From Gemmatimonadota bacterium (GTDB lineage: Bacteria > Gemmatimonadota > Gemmatimonadetes > Palauibacterales > Palauibacteraceae): DNA of 64,000 nt. Shown here one piece after another: positions 36,261 through 46,671 of this stretch. Every line of letters begins with the position of its first letter. Position 1 is the first letter of the stretch. Made by a program: the position numbers and the translations under genes. The notes under the pieces are model-generated. The model did no database searches, was not told where the DNA came from, and saw only the letters and a list, made by a program, of their open reading frames with translations. Location: assembly GCA_022820995.1 (NCBI GenBank), contig JAJEEM010000050.1, positions 1,140-65,139 of the forward strand, in the 5' to 3' direction.

Positions 36261-37093
36261 GTGCCGCCCTCGCCTTCTCCGGCGTCCGCCTGCAGCACGC
36301 CCTCGATCAGCGTCCGATGGGCCTGGTATTCCGGGAGATCGGGAATCCCCCCGGCCTCCTCCACTGCGGTTCGGATTCGGCCCCGGAACGCCTCCGCGGC
36401 GTCCGCGTCCCCTTCGAAGTCGGCCGCGCGCGCCGCGAGCAGGAGTCCGAGCAGGTGCTCCGGATCTCCGGCGAGGATCTCATCCGCCATTTCCCGCGCG
36501 AGACCGGACTCTCCCATGAGGAGACGGAGGAGGCCGACGTGGAACCGGGAGTCCGCATCGGTCTCTTCCGGAGGGACGACCGCGTACGCCTGCAGCGCCA
36601 TGTCGATGAAGAAGGCGGCGCGCTCGAAGTCGCCGCCCTCGTGTTCGCGCATCACGCGCTCGAAGAGCCGGTCCGCGACCCCGCGCGGGCCCATGGCGGC
36701 GAGTTCCTCCATGCTCGGCATGCCGGCTCCGGCCGCATCGCCCCCCGCCGCCGGGGCCGCTACGGGCCCGCCGGTCGTCTCGCCGGGGAGGCCGCCGGTC
36801 ATCGTCATGTCTCCGATCCGCGTCACGCTTCCGCGCTGGACGGTCACGGCGATCAGCACGGAGAAGGCCGCGAGCGCGAGGCCGGAGAGGACCCACGGGA
36901 GCAGGGCCGAGCGAGGCTTTCGCGGCGGCGCGCCCACGGGCGTCCCGCATGCCGCGCAGTACAGGGCATCCGGCCTGAGCGGCGCCTGGCAGGCCGGACA
37001 TCCCGCACGCTGGCCGAGCGGGGCCCCGCACTGAGCGCAGAAGTTGCCCGACGCCGCCCTCCCGCAGCGCGGGCACGACGCGGCATGGCTCAT
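36257..37093 (-). CDS. Double zinc-ribbon membrane protein with C-terminal TPR-like region
   Basis: Four CxxC motifs (CPRC, CAQC, CPAC, CAAC), TM LPWVLSGLALAAFSVLIAV, helical C-terminus. Confidence 0.75.
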   Translation of the reverse strand: MSHAASCPRCGRAASGNFCAQCGAPLGQRAGCPACQAPLRPDALYCAACGTPVGAPPRKPRSALLPWVLSGLALAAFSVLIAVTVQRGSVTRIGDMTMTGGLPGETTGGPVAAPAAGGDAAGAGMPSMEELAAMGPRGVADRLFERVMREHEGGDFERAAFFIDMALQAYAVVPPEETDADSRFHVGLLRLLMGESGLAREMADEILAGDPEHLLGLLLAARAADFEGDADAAEAFRGRIRTAVEEAGGIPDLPEYQAHRTLIEGVLQADAGEGEGGT

Positions 37094-38373
37094 TGGGGCC
37101 GGTCGGCCCGGTCGCCGAGCCGCACGGTGATCACGTGCTCGTCGCCGTCGCGCAGATAGCGGAGGACGACCTCGTCGCCCGGCCTGTGGGCGGAGAGCGC
37201 GTCCGTGAACGCCTGCAGGTCGCCGGTCTCATGGTCCCCGAGGCCGACGAGGATGTCGCCCCGCGCGAGGCCGCCGTCCGCCGCGGGCGACCCCTCGGTG
37301 ACCCCGGCGAGGAGCACGCCGAAGTCGACCGGCGTGAAGTCGGGCACGGTCCCGAGCCAGGCGCCGTAGCCTCCCGCGCGCTGGTCGCGTTCGCCCACGC
37401 CGGGGATGACGGCCAGGCGTTCCTCCCGGTTGGCGAGCGTCCGCAGGACGTTCTCCGTCAGGCGCGCCACGCGTCCGAGGCCGGGCGCGTCGATTTTATG
37501 CGCGTCGTCGGTGTGCCGGTGATAGTCGGAGTGGACGTTCGTGAAGAAGTGGAGGACGGGGATGTCGTTCGCGTAGAACGAGGTGTGGTCGCTGGGTCCG
37601 AAACCGGCTTCCTCCCAGGCGAGCGGGATCCCGAGATCAGCGTTCGCCGCCGGGACGATCTCCGCCCACTCGGGCGCCGTCCCCATCCCGTACACGATCA
37701 TCTCGCCGTCCTCGAGCCGTCCCACCATGTCGAGGTTGACCATGGCCACGGTCTCCTCGAGGGGCATCGCCGGGTGGTTCGCGTACCAGGCGGAGCCGAT
37801 CAGCCCGAGTTCCTCTCCCGTGAAGGCGATGAAGACGATCGAACGCGCCGGGCGCGGCCCGCCCCGGAGGGCGCGAGCCGCCGCGAGGATGGCCGCCACG
37901 CCCGAGGCGTTGTCGTCCGCCCCGTTGTGGATCTCGCCCGCCTCTCCGGTGCTCCCGAACTCGCCGAGTCCGAGGTGGTCGTAGTGCGCCCCGACCACGA
38001 CGGCGCTCCCGCGCAACTCGGGATCGCTCCCCCGGAGGATGGCGATCACGTTGCGCCCCCGGCCGGGCGGCGCGTGCGGCTGCGCCGCGCTCGCGAGCGG
38101 AAGCTCCTGGAAGAACCCGTCCTCCCCGCCCGGCTCGAGCCCGAGCGAGGCGAACATCGTCGCGATGTACTCGCCCGCGCACCGCTCTCCCGCGCTCCCG
38201 GAGAATCGGCCTCCGAGCACGTCGTCGGCCAGGTACCGCACCGTCTCCATCGGCGTCCCGAGCCGCGGCTCGTACGCCGGACAACCATCACCGGCGGCGC
38301 CGCCCGCTTCCTGTCCCCGCACCGCACCGGCGCACGCGGCCAGCGCGAAGCAAACGGCGCTCAAATGGCGCAT
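37090..38373 (-). CDS. M28 peptidase with C-terminal PDZ domain
   Basis: GAHYDHLG, NGADDNASG, FTGEELG, NLDMVG, SDH, DYH; PDZ WLGTVPD..GSPA; start uncertain. Confidence 0.9.
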   Translation of the reverse strand: MRHLSAVCFALAACAGAVRGQEAGGAAGDGCPAYEPRLGTPMETVRYLADDVLGGRFSGSAGERCAGEYIATMFASLGLEPGGEDGFFQELPLASAAQPHAPPGRGRNVIAILRGSDPELRGSAVVVGAHYDHLGLGEFGSTGEAGEIHNGADDNASGVAAILAAARALRGGPRPARSIVFIAFTGEELGLIGSAWYANHPAMPLEETVAMVNLDMVGRLEDGEMIVYGMGTAPEWAEIVPAANADLGIPLAWEEAGFGPSDHTSFYANDIPVLHFFTNVHSDYHRHTDDAHKIDAPGLGRVARLTENVLRTLANREERLAVIPGVGERDQRAGGYGAWLGTVPDFTPVDFGVLLAGVTEGSPAADGGLARGDILVGLGDHETGDLQAFTDALSAHRPGDEVVLRYLRDGDEHVITVRLGDRADRPQ

Positions 38374-38609
38374 CGGCCGCACACATATCTTCACTCTGTC
38401 GTTCCCCGTTTCCGGCTTCGGCTTAGGACCTGCCATCTGTCCTTGTTCGATGATGGGCGCGCAAGCTCGCCACGCAACGACGGGATGTCCACCTGCGGGG
38501 CGGGAAACGAACCGGCGCAGGACCTCGATCGGCGCTTCCCGTGGCAGGGTTGGCGCGGAAGGTGCATCTTGCGTCATTCCGCAGGCTGGTCTTCGAAGGC
38601 GAGGGAACG

Positions 38610-39047
38610 TTGAGACGGAAACTCTGGATGCTGGCGGGGCTCGGGGCGATCGCAGGGGCGATCACGGTGCTCGCCGCGGGCGGGCTGAACGAGAACATGG
38701 TGTTCTTCCTCACCCCGGCCGAACTCGAGGCCCGCGGAGTCGAGATCGTCGATCAGCCGATCCGTCTCGGGGGACAGGTGAAGCCGGGAAGCGTGGACTG
38801 GAATCCGGAGTCCGCCGAACTGCGCTTCGTCATCGGCGAAGAGGACATCGAGATCTCCGTCGAGAGCACGGGCGCGCCCCCCGCCATGTTCCAGCCGGGC
38901 ATGGGCGTCGTCGTCGAAGGGGCCTACGGGAACGATGGCGTCTTCCGCGCCACGAACCTGATGGTCAAGCACTCGAACGAGTACGCCCCTCCGGAGCACG
39001 CGGGCGACGCGGGCCAGGTCTACAAGTCCCTCCTCGAAGACTCCTGA
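38610..39047 (+). CDS. ccmE: Cytochrome c maturation heme chaperone
   Basis: N-terminal TM, FFLTP, IRLGGQV, VVVEG, KHSNEY (HxxxY); TTG start after GAGGGA. Confidence 0.93.
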   Translation: MRRKLWMLAGLGAIAGAITVLAAGGLNENMVFFLTPAELEARGVEIVDQPIRLGGQVKPGSVDWNPESAELRFVIGEEDIEISVESTGAPPAMFQPGMGVVVEGAYGNDGVFRATNLMVKHSNEYAPPEHAGDAGQVYKSLLEDS

Positions 39048-39088
39048 GAACGTGGTGAGGACCCGGTGAAGCCGGACGGGGCGGCCGC

Positions 39089-41155
39089 GTGCTGAGCACG
39101 CTCGGCTACGCGTCCGTCATCGCGGCGCTCCTGGCCGCCGCGGTGGCCACGGCGGCCGGCGGCTGGGGCGGCCTGTCCCGCTCCGGCGGCGAGGTGTCCG
39201 CGTCCCTGGCCCGCCGCGCCGCCTACTTCGCCTTCTTCGCGATGTCGGGCGGAATGCTCGTAATGGAGATCGCCCTTCTCACGCACGACTTCAGCGTCGA
39301 GTACGTGGCGCGCGTGGGGAGCCGGGAGACGCCGACCTACTACACGGCGATCTCCCTCTGGAGCAGCCTCGAGGGCTCGATCCTCTTCTGGGGCTGGATC
39401 CTCGCCGGCTATGGCGCGCTCTTCGCATTCACCCGGCGCCGCGAGTTTGGAGCGCTGCGGGCGGCCGGGGAACCCGTGACCGCGCTCGGCGGCGGGCTCG
39501 CGCACGGCCTCCGCACCACGCCGCTCGTCCTCGGCGTCATCGGCGTCGTCCAGCTCTTCTTCTTCGGACTCCTGGCGGGGGCGGCGAACCCGTTCGGGAT
39601 CGTGGACCCGGCGCCGGCCAACGGCCCCGGACCCAATCCCCTCCTCCAGAATCACCCGCTCATGGGCCTGCATCCGCCCATGCTCTACTTCGGGTTCGTG
39701 GGGATGACGGTGCCCTTCGCGTTCGCGATCGCGGCGCTGCTGCGGGGGAACGTCGAGGCGCGCTGGCTCCGGGACGCCCGCCGCTGGATGGTGGCGGCGT
39801 GGGCCTTCCTCACCATGGGGATCATCGGCGGCGGCTGGTGGTCGTACGAGGTGCTGGGCTGGGGCGGCGCGTGGGCGTGGGATCCGGTGGAGAACGCGTC
39901 CTTCCTCCCGTGGCTCACGGCCACCGCCTTCCTGCACTCCGCGATGGTCCAGGAACGGCGGGGGATGCTGAAGACGTGGAACCTCACGCTGATGATCGCA
40001 ACGTTCCTCCTCACCCTCTTCGGGACGTTTCTCACCCGGTCGGGCGTCATCGACTCGGTGCACGCCTTCACTGAGGGCGTCATCGGGCCCGTGTTCCTCG
40101 CCTTCATCGCCGTCGTGGCGATCGTCTCGCTCGCGCTCATCGGCTGGCGGGGCAACCGGCTGCGGGCGCCGGGGCAGGTGGAGAGCCCCGCCTCGCGCGA
40201 ATCCGCCTTCATCCTCAACAACCTCCTGCTCGTCGGGTTCACGTTCACGGTCCTCCTGGGCACGATGTGGCCGCTCGTCGTGGAGGCGCTGAGGGGGGAC
40301 CGGATCAGCGTGGGACCGCCTTACTTCGACCAGGTCGCGAGCCCGATCGGGCTGGCGCTCATCTTCCTGATGGGGGTGGGGCCGGCGCTCCCGTGGCGGC
40401 GCGCGGGGCGGAAGCAGCTGGAGCGGTCGTTCGCGTGGCCGGCCATCATCGGCGCCGCGGCCGGGCTCGTCGCCTTCGCCCTCGGCGTCGGGTACCTCCT
40501 CCCCATCCTCACGATCGCCTTCGCCGCCTTCGTGCTCACGACGATCGCGGACGAGTTCCGGAAGGGGATCGCGGCCCGGCGGAGGATCGCGGAACGGTCG
40601 TGGCCGGGCGCCCTGCGGGACCTGTTCGCGCGCACGGGCCAGCGCTACGGGGGCTACGTCGTGCACGTGGGCGTCATCGTCATCGCGCTCGCCATCTCCG
40701 TCTCGTGGACGTGGAAGACCGAGCGGGAGATGACGCTCCGGCCCGGGGAGCGGCTCGACATCAAGGACTACGAGGTGGAACTCGTCGACGTGTGGGCGCA
40801 CGAGGAACCGCACCGCTTCGTCATCGGCGCGACCTTCGCGGCCTACCGCGACGGACGGGGGATCGGCGAGGAACGGCCCCGGATCAACTTCTACAAGGCC
40901 ACGGGGCAGAACATCGCCACACCCGCCGTAAAGAGTTCGCTGACGAGCGATCTCTATCTCACGCTGATGGCGGTGGATCCGGAGGGCGGAGACCACGCGA
41001 CGGTGCGGGCGATCGTGAACCCGGGGATCGTGTGGCTCTGGATCGGGGGAATGATCATGGGCGTGGGCGCCCTCATCGCGATCTGGCCCTGGGGCCGGAG
41101 CCGGCTGCGCGCCGCGGGGGCCGAACTGCTCGCCGATCCGGCGGCCGCGGCATGA
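39089..41155 (+). CDS. ccmF: Heme lyase CcmF/NrfE
   Basis: EGSILFW, NPLLQ..HPPMLY, WSYEVLGWGGAWAWDPVENAS, FLTRSG..SVHAF. Confidence 0.96.
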   Translation: MLSTLGYASVIAALLAAAVATAAGGWGGLSRSGGEVSASLARRAAYFAFFAMSGGMLVMEIALLTHDFSVEYVARVGSRETPTYYTAISLWSSLEGSILFWGWILAGYGALFAFTRRREFGALRAAGEPVTALGGGLAHGLRTTPLVLGVIGVVQLFFFGLLAGAANPFGIVDPAPANGPGPNPLLQNHPLMGLHPPMLYFGFVGMTVPFAFAIAALLRGNVEARWLRDARRWMVAAWAFLTMGIIGGGWWSYEVLGWGGAWAWDPVENASFLPWLTATAFLHSAMVQERRGMLKTWNLTLMIATFLLTLFGTFLTRSGVIDSVHAFTEGVIGPVFLAFIAVVAIVSLALIGWRGNRLRAPGQVESPASRESAFILNNLLLVGFTFTVLLGTMWPLVVEALRGDRISVGPPYFDQVASPIGLALIFLMGVGPALPWRRAGRKQLERSFAWPAIIGAAAGLVAFALGVGYLLPILTIAFAAFVLTTIADEFRKGIAARRRIAERSWPGALRDLFARTGQRYGGYVVHVGVIVIALAISVSWTWKTEREMTLRPGERLDIKDYEVELVDVWAHEEPHRFVIGATFAAYRDGRGIGEERPRINFYKATGQNIATPAVKSSLTSDLYLTLMAVDPEGGDHATVRAIVNPGIVWLWIGGMIMGVGALIAIWPWGRSRLRAAGAELLADPAAAA

Positions 41156-41706
41156 GGGGCTGGTGGCGGTGGGCTCTGCCCACGGCGGCCCTGCCCGTCC
41201 TGGCGCTCCTCTACTGGGGGCTCGGACAGGACCAGCGGCGGCTTCCGTCGGCCCTCGAGGGGCGCGAGGCGCCGGCGTTCCGGCTCGCGAACCTCTACGA
41301 CCCGAGCGATTCGGTGAGCCTGAGCGACTTCGAGGGAAAGGTGGTCGTGCTCAACTACTGGGCATCGTGGTGCATCCCGTGCATCAGCGAACACCCGGTG
41401 CTCGTCCGGCTGCGCGAGACGTACGACCCGGAGGAGGTCGCGCTCATCGGCGTCCTCTTCCAGGACAGGCCGGAGAACGGGATGCGCTTCATCGAGGAAC
41501 TGGGCGGAGAGTGGCCGCTCGTCACGGATCCGGGGAGCCTGACCGCGATCGAATACGGCGTGTACGGGGTGCCCGAGACGTACTTCATCGGGGCCGACGG
41601 CGTCGTTGCGCTGCGGCACGACCTCGCGGTGACCTGGGACCTCGTCGAGCGGAACGTGGACTCGCTGCTCGTGGCGCGGCGCGGCGGCGCGGCGGCGGGA
41701 AGCTGA
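41152..41706 (+). CDS. ccmG: Thiol:disulfide oxidoreductase CcmG/DsbE
   Basis: NYWASWCIPCISEHP, YGVYGVPETY; ATGA overlap with ccmF. Confidence 0.92.
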   Translation: MRGWWRWALPTAALPVLALLYWGLGQDQRRLPSALEGREAPAFRLANLYDPSDSVSLSDFEGKVVVLNYWASWCIPCISEHPVLVRLRETYDPEEVALIGVLFQDRPENGMRFIEELGGEWPLVTDPGSLTAIEYGVYGVPETYFIGADGVVALRHDLAVTWDLVERNVDSLLVARRGGAAAGS

Positions 41707-42263
41707 TGCGTCCCGAGCGCGGTTCGCGGAGCCTCGGGATGCCGCGGGCGTGGCGTTGGGGCGCCCTCGCGATGGCCCTGTTCGCCGCGCCCGGCGCCGC
41801 GCAGACGGTCGACGGGGCCCTCGACGGGATCGAGCGGCCCGTCGCCCCCGGCGACCCGGTCCGCAGCGCGGAAATCGACCAGCGGACGGCGGAGATCGGC
41901 GCGACCCTGCGCTGCCCCATCTGCCGGCAGCAGTCCGTCGCGGAGTCGTCGGCCCGCATCGCACGCGAGATGCAGGATGTGATCCGCACCATGCTGATGG
42001 AGGGTCGCACCGCCGAGGAGATCGAGGCGTACTTCGTCGAGGCGTACGGCCCCTGGATCCTCCTCAAGCCCCGGGCCGAGGGAATGAATCTCATCGTCTA
42101 CGCGGGTCCGGGCCTGGCCTTCCTCCTCGGCGGCTTTCTCGTCGCCCGCCGCATCCGGCGCGGCCGGGGTCGCGACGATGAGGAGCGCGCCGAGCCCGCG
42201 GCGCCCGACCACCTGCGGAAGGCCGACCGCCGGTGGATCGAGGCTGCGATCAAGGAATCCTGA
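41706..42263 (+). CDS. ccmH: Cytochrome c biogenesis protein CcmH
   Basis: LRCPICRQQSVAES, YFVEAYGPWILLKP, C-terminal TM; TGATG overlap. Confidence 0.92.
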   Translation: MRPERGSRSLGMPRAWRWGALAMALFAAPGAAQTVDGALDGIERPVAPGDPVRSAEIDQRTAEIGATLRCPICRQQSVAESSARIAREMQDVIRTMLMEGRTAEEIEAYFVEAYGPWILLKPRAEGMNLIVYAGPGLAFLLGGFLVARRIRRGRGRDDEERAEPAAPDHLRKADRRWIEAAIKES

Positions 42264-42270
42264 ACCCGGC

Positions 42271-45054
42271 TCAGGTTTCCAGTTGCTGCCTCAGCACGGT
42301 CTGCAGAATGCCGCCGTTGCGGTAGTAGTCGACCTCGAATTCCGTATCCAGCCGCGCGATGGCCTCGAAGCGCGTCTCCGGTCCGTCGTCGGAGACCGCT
42401 GACACGGTGATCGCGTCCTTCGGCTTCAGCCCGTCCGCGATCCCGTCGATGCGGAAGGTCTCGTTGCCGGTGAGTCCCAGCGTCTCGGCCGTCTCCCCCT
42501 CCCGGAACTGAAGGGGCAGGATCCCCATCCCGATGAGGTTCGAACGGTGGATACGTTCGTAGCTCACGGCGATGACGGCCTGCACGCCCTGCAGGAAGGG
42601 GCCCTTGGCCGCCCAGTCGCGGCTCGACCCGGACCCGTAGAGCGCGCCGCCGATGACGATCGTCGGCGTCCCCTCCTCCCGGTAGCGCGTCGCCGCATCG
42701 AAGATCGTCATCTGCTCGCCGCTCGGGACGTGGCGCGTGAACCCGCCCTCCACCCCCGGCACCATCAGGTTCCGGAGCCGGATGTTCGCGAACGTCCCCC
42801 GCATCATCACTTCGTGGTTTCCGCGGCGGGCCCCGTACGAGTTGAAGTCGCGGAGCGCCACGCCGTGCGCCCTCAGGTAGTCCGCGGCCGGCGACGTCGG
42901 CGCGATCCCCCCGGCGGGCGAGATGTGGTCCGTGGTCACCGCGTCGCCGAGGAGGGCGAGACAGCGGGCTCCCTCGATGTCCGCGGGGGCGGCGGCCTCC
43001 TTCGACATCCCGTCGAAAAAGGTCGGCTGGCGCACGTAGGTCGAGGCCTCATCCCACGCGAAGCGGTCGCCCACCGGGATCTCCAGTGCGTTCCAGCGCT
43101 CGTCGCCGGCGTACACCTCCGCGTACTTGGCGCGGAACATCTCCGTCTTCACGGCGGTGCGGACGGTTTCGTTGATCTCGTCCTGGCTGGGCCAGATGTC
43201 GCGGAGGAAGATCTCCTCGCCCCGGTCGTTCGTCCCCAGCGGCTCGCTGTACAGGTCGATGTCCATCCGGCCCGCGAGGGCGTAGGCGACGACGAGGGGA
43301 GGCGAGGCGAGGTAGTTCGCGCGCGAATCGGGGCTGATGCGGCCCTCGAAGTTCCGGTTCCCGGAGAGGACCGAGCAGGCGACGAGGTCGTTCTCGCGGA
43401 TCGCGCCCGAGATCTCGGCCGGGAGCGGTCCGGTGTTCCCGATGCAGGTCGTGCAGCCGTAGCCCACCACATGAAAGCCCAGTTGCTCGAAGTAGGGCAT
43501 GAGGCCGGCTTCGTCGAGGTACTCCGTCACGACCATCGAGCCGGGAGCGAGACTCGTCTTCACCCATGGACGCTGCCTGAGGCCCGACTCGACGGCCTTC
43601 CGGGCCAGGAGGCCCGCACCGACCATGACGGACGGGTTCGACGTGTTCGTGCAACTCGTGATCGCGGCGATGACCACGGATCCGTCGCGAAGGGAGAACT
43701 CGTGCGACTCGCCCTGTTCGTCCGTCAGGCGCACGGCGACGCCGGCGGGGGCTTCGGCCACGGCCACGCCGCCGTCCCCCGCATCGGCGGACCAGCCGGT
43801 CATCTGCGTGAGGCCGCCGCCCCCCGTGCCCGGCCCCTTCAGCCCGTCGAGCGCCTCCAGGAAGCGCGGCTTGCTCTCCGACAGCGGCACGCGCTGCTGC
43901 GGCAGCTTCGGGCCCGCGATCGCCGGTTCGACCGTGGAGAGGTCGAGTTCCACGTGGTCGCTGTATTCCGCCGGCGGAGTGTCCGCATCGTGGAAGAGGC
44001 TCTGGGCCCGCGCGTAGGCCTCGACGAGCGCCACCTGCTCGTCGGAGCGGCCCGTGAAGCGAAGGTAGGCGAGCGTCTCCGCGTCGATGGGGAAGATCGC
44101 GCAGGTGGAGCCGAACTCGGGAGACATGTTGCCGAGCGTCGCCCGGTCGGCGAGCGACAGGCCGGCGAGGCCCGGTCCATGGAACTCGACGAACTTGCCG
44201 ACGACGCCGGCGCCGCGGAGAACCTCCGTCACCCGAAGGACGAGGTCCGTCGCCGTAGCGCCGTCCGGCAACCGCCCGCGGAGCCGGAAGCCGAGCACGC
44301 GCGGGACGAGCATGGAGAGCGCCTGCCCCAGCATCGCCGCTTCGGCCTCGATGCCGCCCACGCCCCACCCGAGGACGCCGAGACCGTTCACCATCGTGGT
44401 ATGGCTGTCCGTGCCGACGACGGTGTCGGGATAGGCGACGCGCCCGCTTCCCGTCGCGTCGTCGAACACGACCCGGGCCAGGTACTCGAGGTTCACCTGG
44501 TGCACGATCCCCGTCCCCGGCGGGACGACCTTGAAGTTGTCGAACGCCGTCTGGCCCCAGCGGAGGAACGCGTAGCGCTCGTGGTTCCGCTCGAATTCCC
44601 GCTCCGCGTTGATGAGGAACGAGCGCGCCGTGCCGAACGAGTCCACCTGCACGGAGTGGTCGATGACGAGTTCGCACGGCATCAGCGGGTTGATCGAGGC
44701 GGGGTCGCCGCCCAGTTCCGCCATCGCGTCGCGCATCGCGGCCAGATCCACGACGGCGGGCACGCCGGTGAAGTCCTGCAGGAGCACGCGCGCGGGCCGG
44801 AAGGAGAGTTCCCGCCCCGGCGTGGCCTGCGCGTCCCACCCCGCGATGGCGGCGATGTCCTCCGCCGTCACCGATTGTCCGTCCTCGTGCCGGACCAGGT
44901 TCTCCAGCACCACCTTGATCGAGAACGGAAGGCGCGACAGGTCGCTCCCGGTGGCGGAGGCGACGGCCCGCAGGTCGCGGATCGCGACGGGGCCGCCGGG
45001 AGCGTCGAGCGAAGCGCGGGCGCCGAAGGAATCGAGATGGGGAAGGCTGGACAT
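42271..45054 (-). CDS. acnA: Aconitate hydratase A
   Basis: [71 protein letters not shown]. Confidence 0.98.
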   Translation of the reverse strand: MSSLPHLDSFGARASLDAPGGPVAIRDLRAVASATGSDLSRLPFSIKVVLENLVRHEDGQSVTAEDIAAIAGWDAQATPGRELSFRPARVLLQDFTGVPAVVDLAAMRDAMAELGGDPASINPLMPCELVIDHSVQVDSFGTARSFLINAEREFERNHERYAFLRWGQTAFDNFKVVPPGTGIVHQVNLEYLARVVFDDATGSGRVAYPDTVVGTDSHTTMVNGLGVLGWGVGGIEAEAAMLGQALSMLVPRVLGFRLRGRLPDGATATDLVLRVTEVLRGAGVVGKFVEFHGPGLAGLSLADRATLGNMSPEFGSTCAIFPIDAETLAYLRFTGRSDEQVALVEAYARAQSLFHDADTPPAEYSDHVELDLSTVEPAIAGPKLPQQRVPLSESKPRFLEALDGLKGPGTGGGGLTQMTGWSADAGDGGVAVAEAPAGVAVRLTDEQGESHEFSLRDGSVVIAAITSCTNTSNPSVMVGAGLLARKAVESGLRQRPWVKTSLAPGSMVVTEYLDEAGLMPYFEQLGFHVVGYGCTTCIGNTGPLPAEISGAIRENDLVACSVLSGNRNFEGRISPDSRANYLASPPLVVAYALAGRMDIDLYSEPLGTNDRGEEIFLRDIWPSQDEINETVRTAVKTEMFRAKYAEVYAGDERWNALEIPVGDRFAWDEASTYVRQPTFFDGMSKEAAAPADIEGARCLALLGDAVTTDHISPAGGIAPTSPAADYLRAHGVALRDFNSYGARRGNHEVMMRGTFANIRLRNLMVPGVEGGFTRHVPSGEQMTIFDAATRYREEGTPTIVIGGALYGSGSSRDWAAKGPFLQGVQAVIAVSYERIHRSNLIGMGILPLQFREGETAETLGLTGNETFRIDGIADGLKPKDAITVSAVSDDGPETRFEAIARLDTEFEVDYYRNGGILQTVLRQQLET

Positions 45055-45146
45055 GGTGGACCTCATCGAGACTGCGAAGGGTTTGTTCCTCTGTGCAAAC
45101 GTATCGAACCCGAAGCCCCGGATCGACCGGGGAACGGGGCGTCAGG

Positions 45147-45175
45147 TTGAAGATGAATGTACTTGCGAATAAACT
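45147..45175 (+). promoter_or_regulatory. Sigma70-type promoter TTGAAG-N17-TAAACT for the binding protein/HAMP/MFS operon
   Basis: -35 at 45147-45152, -10 at 45170-45175, exact 17-nt AT-rich spacer. Confidence 0.65.
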
Positions 45176-45222
45176 CTGATGCCGGTCGGTCGCCCCGCGA
45201 CGGACCGGCCTTGGCCACGCGG

Positions 45223-46671
45223 ATGACCGCCGACGCAGGCAAGGAGAGGGTATTGTCCGGAAGTCGAAAAGGGACGCAGCCTTCGGACGGACCGCCGGTC
45301 CCGGACCGCGATCCGGCTCGGGCGGCGCCGCCGCCGGGCGGACTCCTGACGCGGCGCTCCGCAATCCGCGCCGGGCTGGCGGGTCTGCTCGGGGCGCCGT
45401 TCGCCACATCGCTCGGCGCCTCCACCCGACCGCTCGCGCCGGGGCTGCGCTGGAGCGGAAAGCAGGGCACGCAGCCGGACGACGAGATCCTCCTCGGCGT
45501 GTCCGCGGCCTTCTCCGGGCCCTCCCGGGGACTGGGCACCGAATTGTATCGCGGAGCGATGTCCTGTTTCGGGCAGGTCAACGAGCAGGGCGGCGTCAAC
45601 GGCCGGCGGATCGTCCTCAAGCTCTACGACGACGGCTACCAGCCCGACCCGTGCGTGGAGAACACGCTCAGGCTGATGCTGGAGGACGAGGTCTTCCTGC
45701 TGTTCGGCTACGTCGGCACGCCGACCGTCACCCGCGTCCTGCCGCTTCTGAAGAAGTTCCAGGACCAGCAGATGTACATCTTCTTCCCCTTCACGGGCGC
45801 CCAGCCGCAGCGTGAGCCGCCCTACGGGGAGTTCGCCTTCAACCTGCGCGCCTCCTACGGCCAGGAGACGGCGGGGCTCGTCGACAACTTCGTCCGCATC
45901 GGGCGCCGCCGAATCGCGGTCTTCTACCAGGCCGACGCGTACGGGCGCAGCGGCTGGGCCGGCGTGAGGGCGGCGCTCGCGCGGCACGGCGAGACGATCG
46001 CCGGCGAGGCGACCTACCGGCGGGGCACGCAGTTCACGAGCGTGATGCGGCCGCAGGTCGAGATCCTGCAGGAGGCCGAACCGGACGCCGTGATCTGCGT
46101 GGGCGCCTACGCGGCGTGCGCCGCCTTCGCCCGCGACGCGATGGACCTCGGCCTGCACGTGCCCATCGCCAACCTCTCCTTCGTGGGGAGCGAGAACCTG
46201 CTGGCCCTGCTCATGGACGCGAGCAGCGACGATCCGGCCTACTACACGCCGTGGCTCGTGAACTCGCAGGTCGTGCCCAGCTACGAGGACACGTCGATTC
46301 CGGCCGTGCCCGAGTACCGCGACCTGATGACGCGCTACGACCCGCAGGTGCCGGAGGAACTCGTCGTGGAACCCTACGACCCGTTCCCCTACAGCTTCAC
46401 GAGCCTCGAGGGATACCTGGACGCGAAACTGCTCACGGAAATCCTGGGCCGGATCGACGGCACCCCCGAGCGCAGCAAGCTGAACGACGCCGTGTTCTCC
46501 GTGCGCAACTACGATCTGGGGATCGGCGAACGGGTGTCGTTCGGGCCCGACCGGCGTCAGGGACTCCAGAGCGTCTACTACACCGTCGTGGAGGATGGCC
46601 GCTTCGTGACCCTCAGCGACTGGGATGCCAAGTTCGGCCTGGACGCGACCACGAGCGACGGGGCCCCGTGA
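45223..46671 (+). CDS. Periplasmic ligand-binding protein (type I, LivJ/Peripla_BP_6-like) with probable Tat signal
   Basis: TRRSAIRAGLAG twin-arginine motif; ILLGVSAAFSGP..VNEQGGVNGRRI..DDGYQP..GYVGTPT; start uncertain. Confidence 0.85.
   Translation: MTADAGKERVLSGSRKGTQPSDGPPVPDRDPARAAPPPGGLLTRRSAIRAGLAGLLGAPFATSLGASTRPLAPGLRWSGKQGTQPDDEILLGVSAAFSGPSRGLGTELYRGAMSCFGQVNEQGGVNGRRIVLKLYDDGYQPDPCVENTLRLMLEDEVFLLFGYVGTPTVTRVLPLLKKFQDQQMYIFFPFTGAQPQREPPYGEFAFNLRASYGQETAGLVDNFVRIGRRRIAVFYQADAYGRSGWAGVRAALARHGETIAGEATYRRGTQFTSVMRPQVEILQEAEPDAVICVGAYAACAAFARDAMDLGLHVPIANLSFVGSENLLALLMDASSDDPAYYTPWLVNSQVVPSYEDTSIPAVPEYRDLMTRYDPQVPEELVVEPYDPFPYSFTSLEGYLDAKLLTEILGRIDGTPERSKLNDAVFSVRNYDLGIGERVSFGPDRRQGLQSVYYTVVEDGRFVTLSDWDAKFGLDATTSDGAP

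Noticed and set aside
33633-37034. 1133-aa plus-strand ORF (similarly 1768-4278, 18271-20304, 27124-29184, 42547-45150, 54494-57019)
   Set aside because: Antisense shadows of well-supported minus-strand genes; Arg/Gly/Pro-rich with no motifs, as expected from stop-codon scarcity at high GC
38374-38609. Possible ncRNA/riboswitch in the longest intergenic region
   Set aside because: No recognisable riboswitch, tRNA or SRP/RNase P motifs; explained as a divergent promoter region, and part may be an N-terminal extension of the M28 gene
45157-46671. Branched-chain amino acid ABC transporter operon (liv)
   Set aside because: Only the binding-protein fold is present, with no livH/M/G/F neighbours; the ORF-track start at 45157 lies inside the predicted promoter spacer
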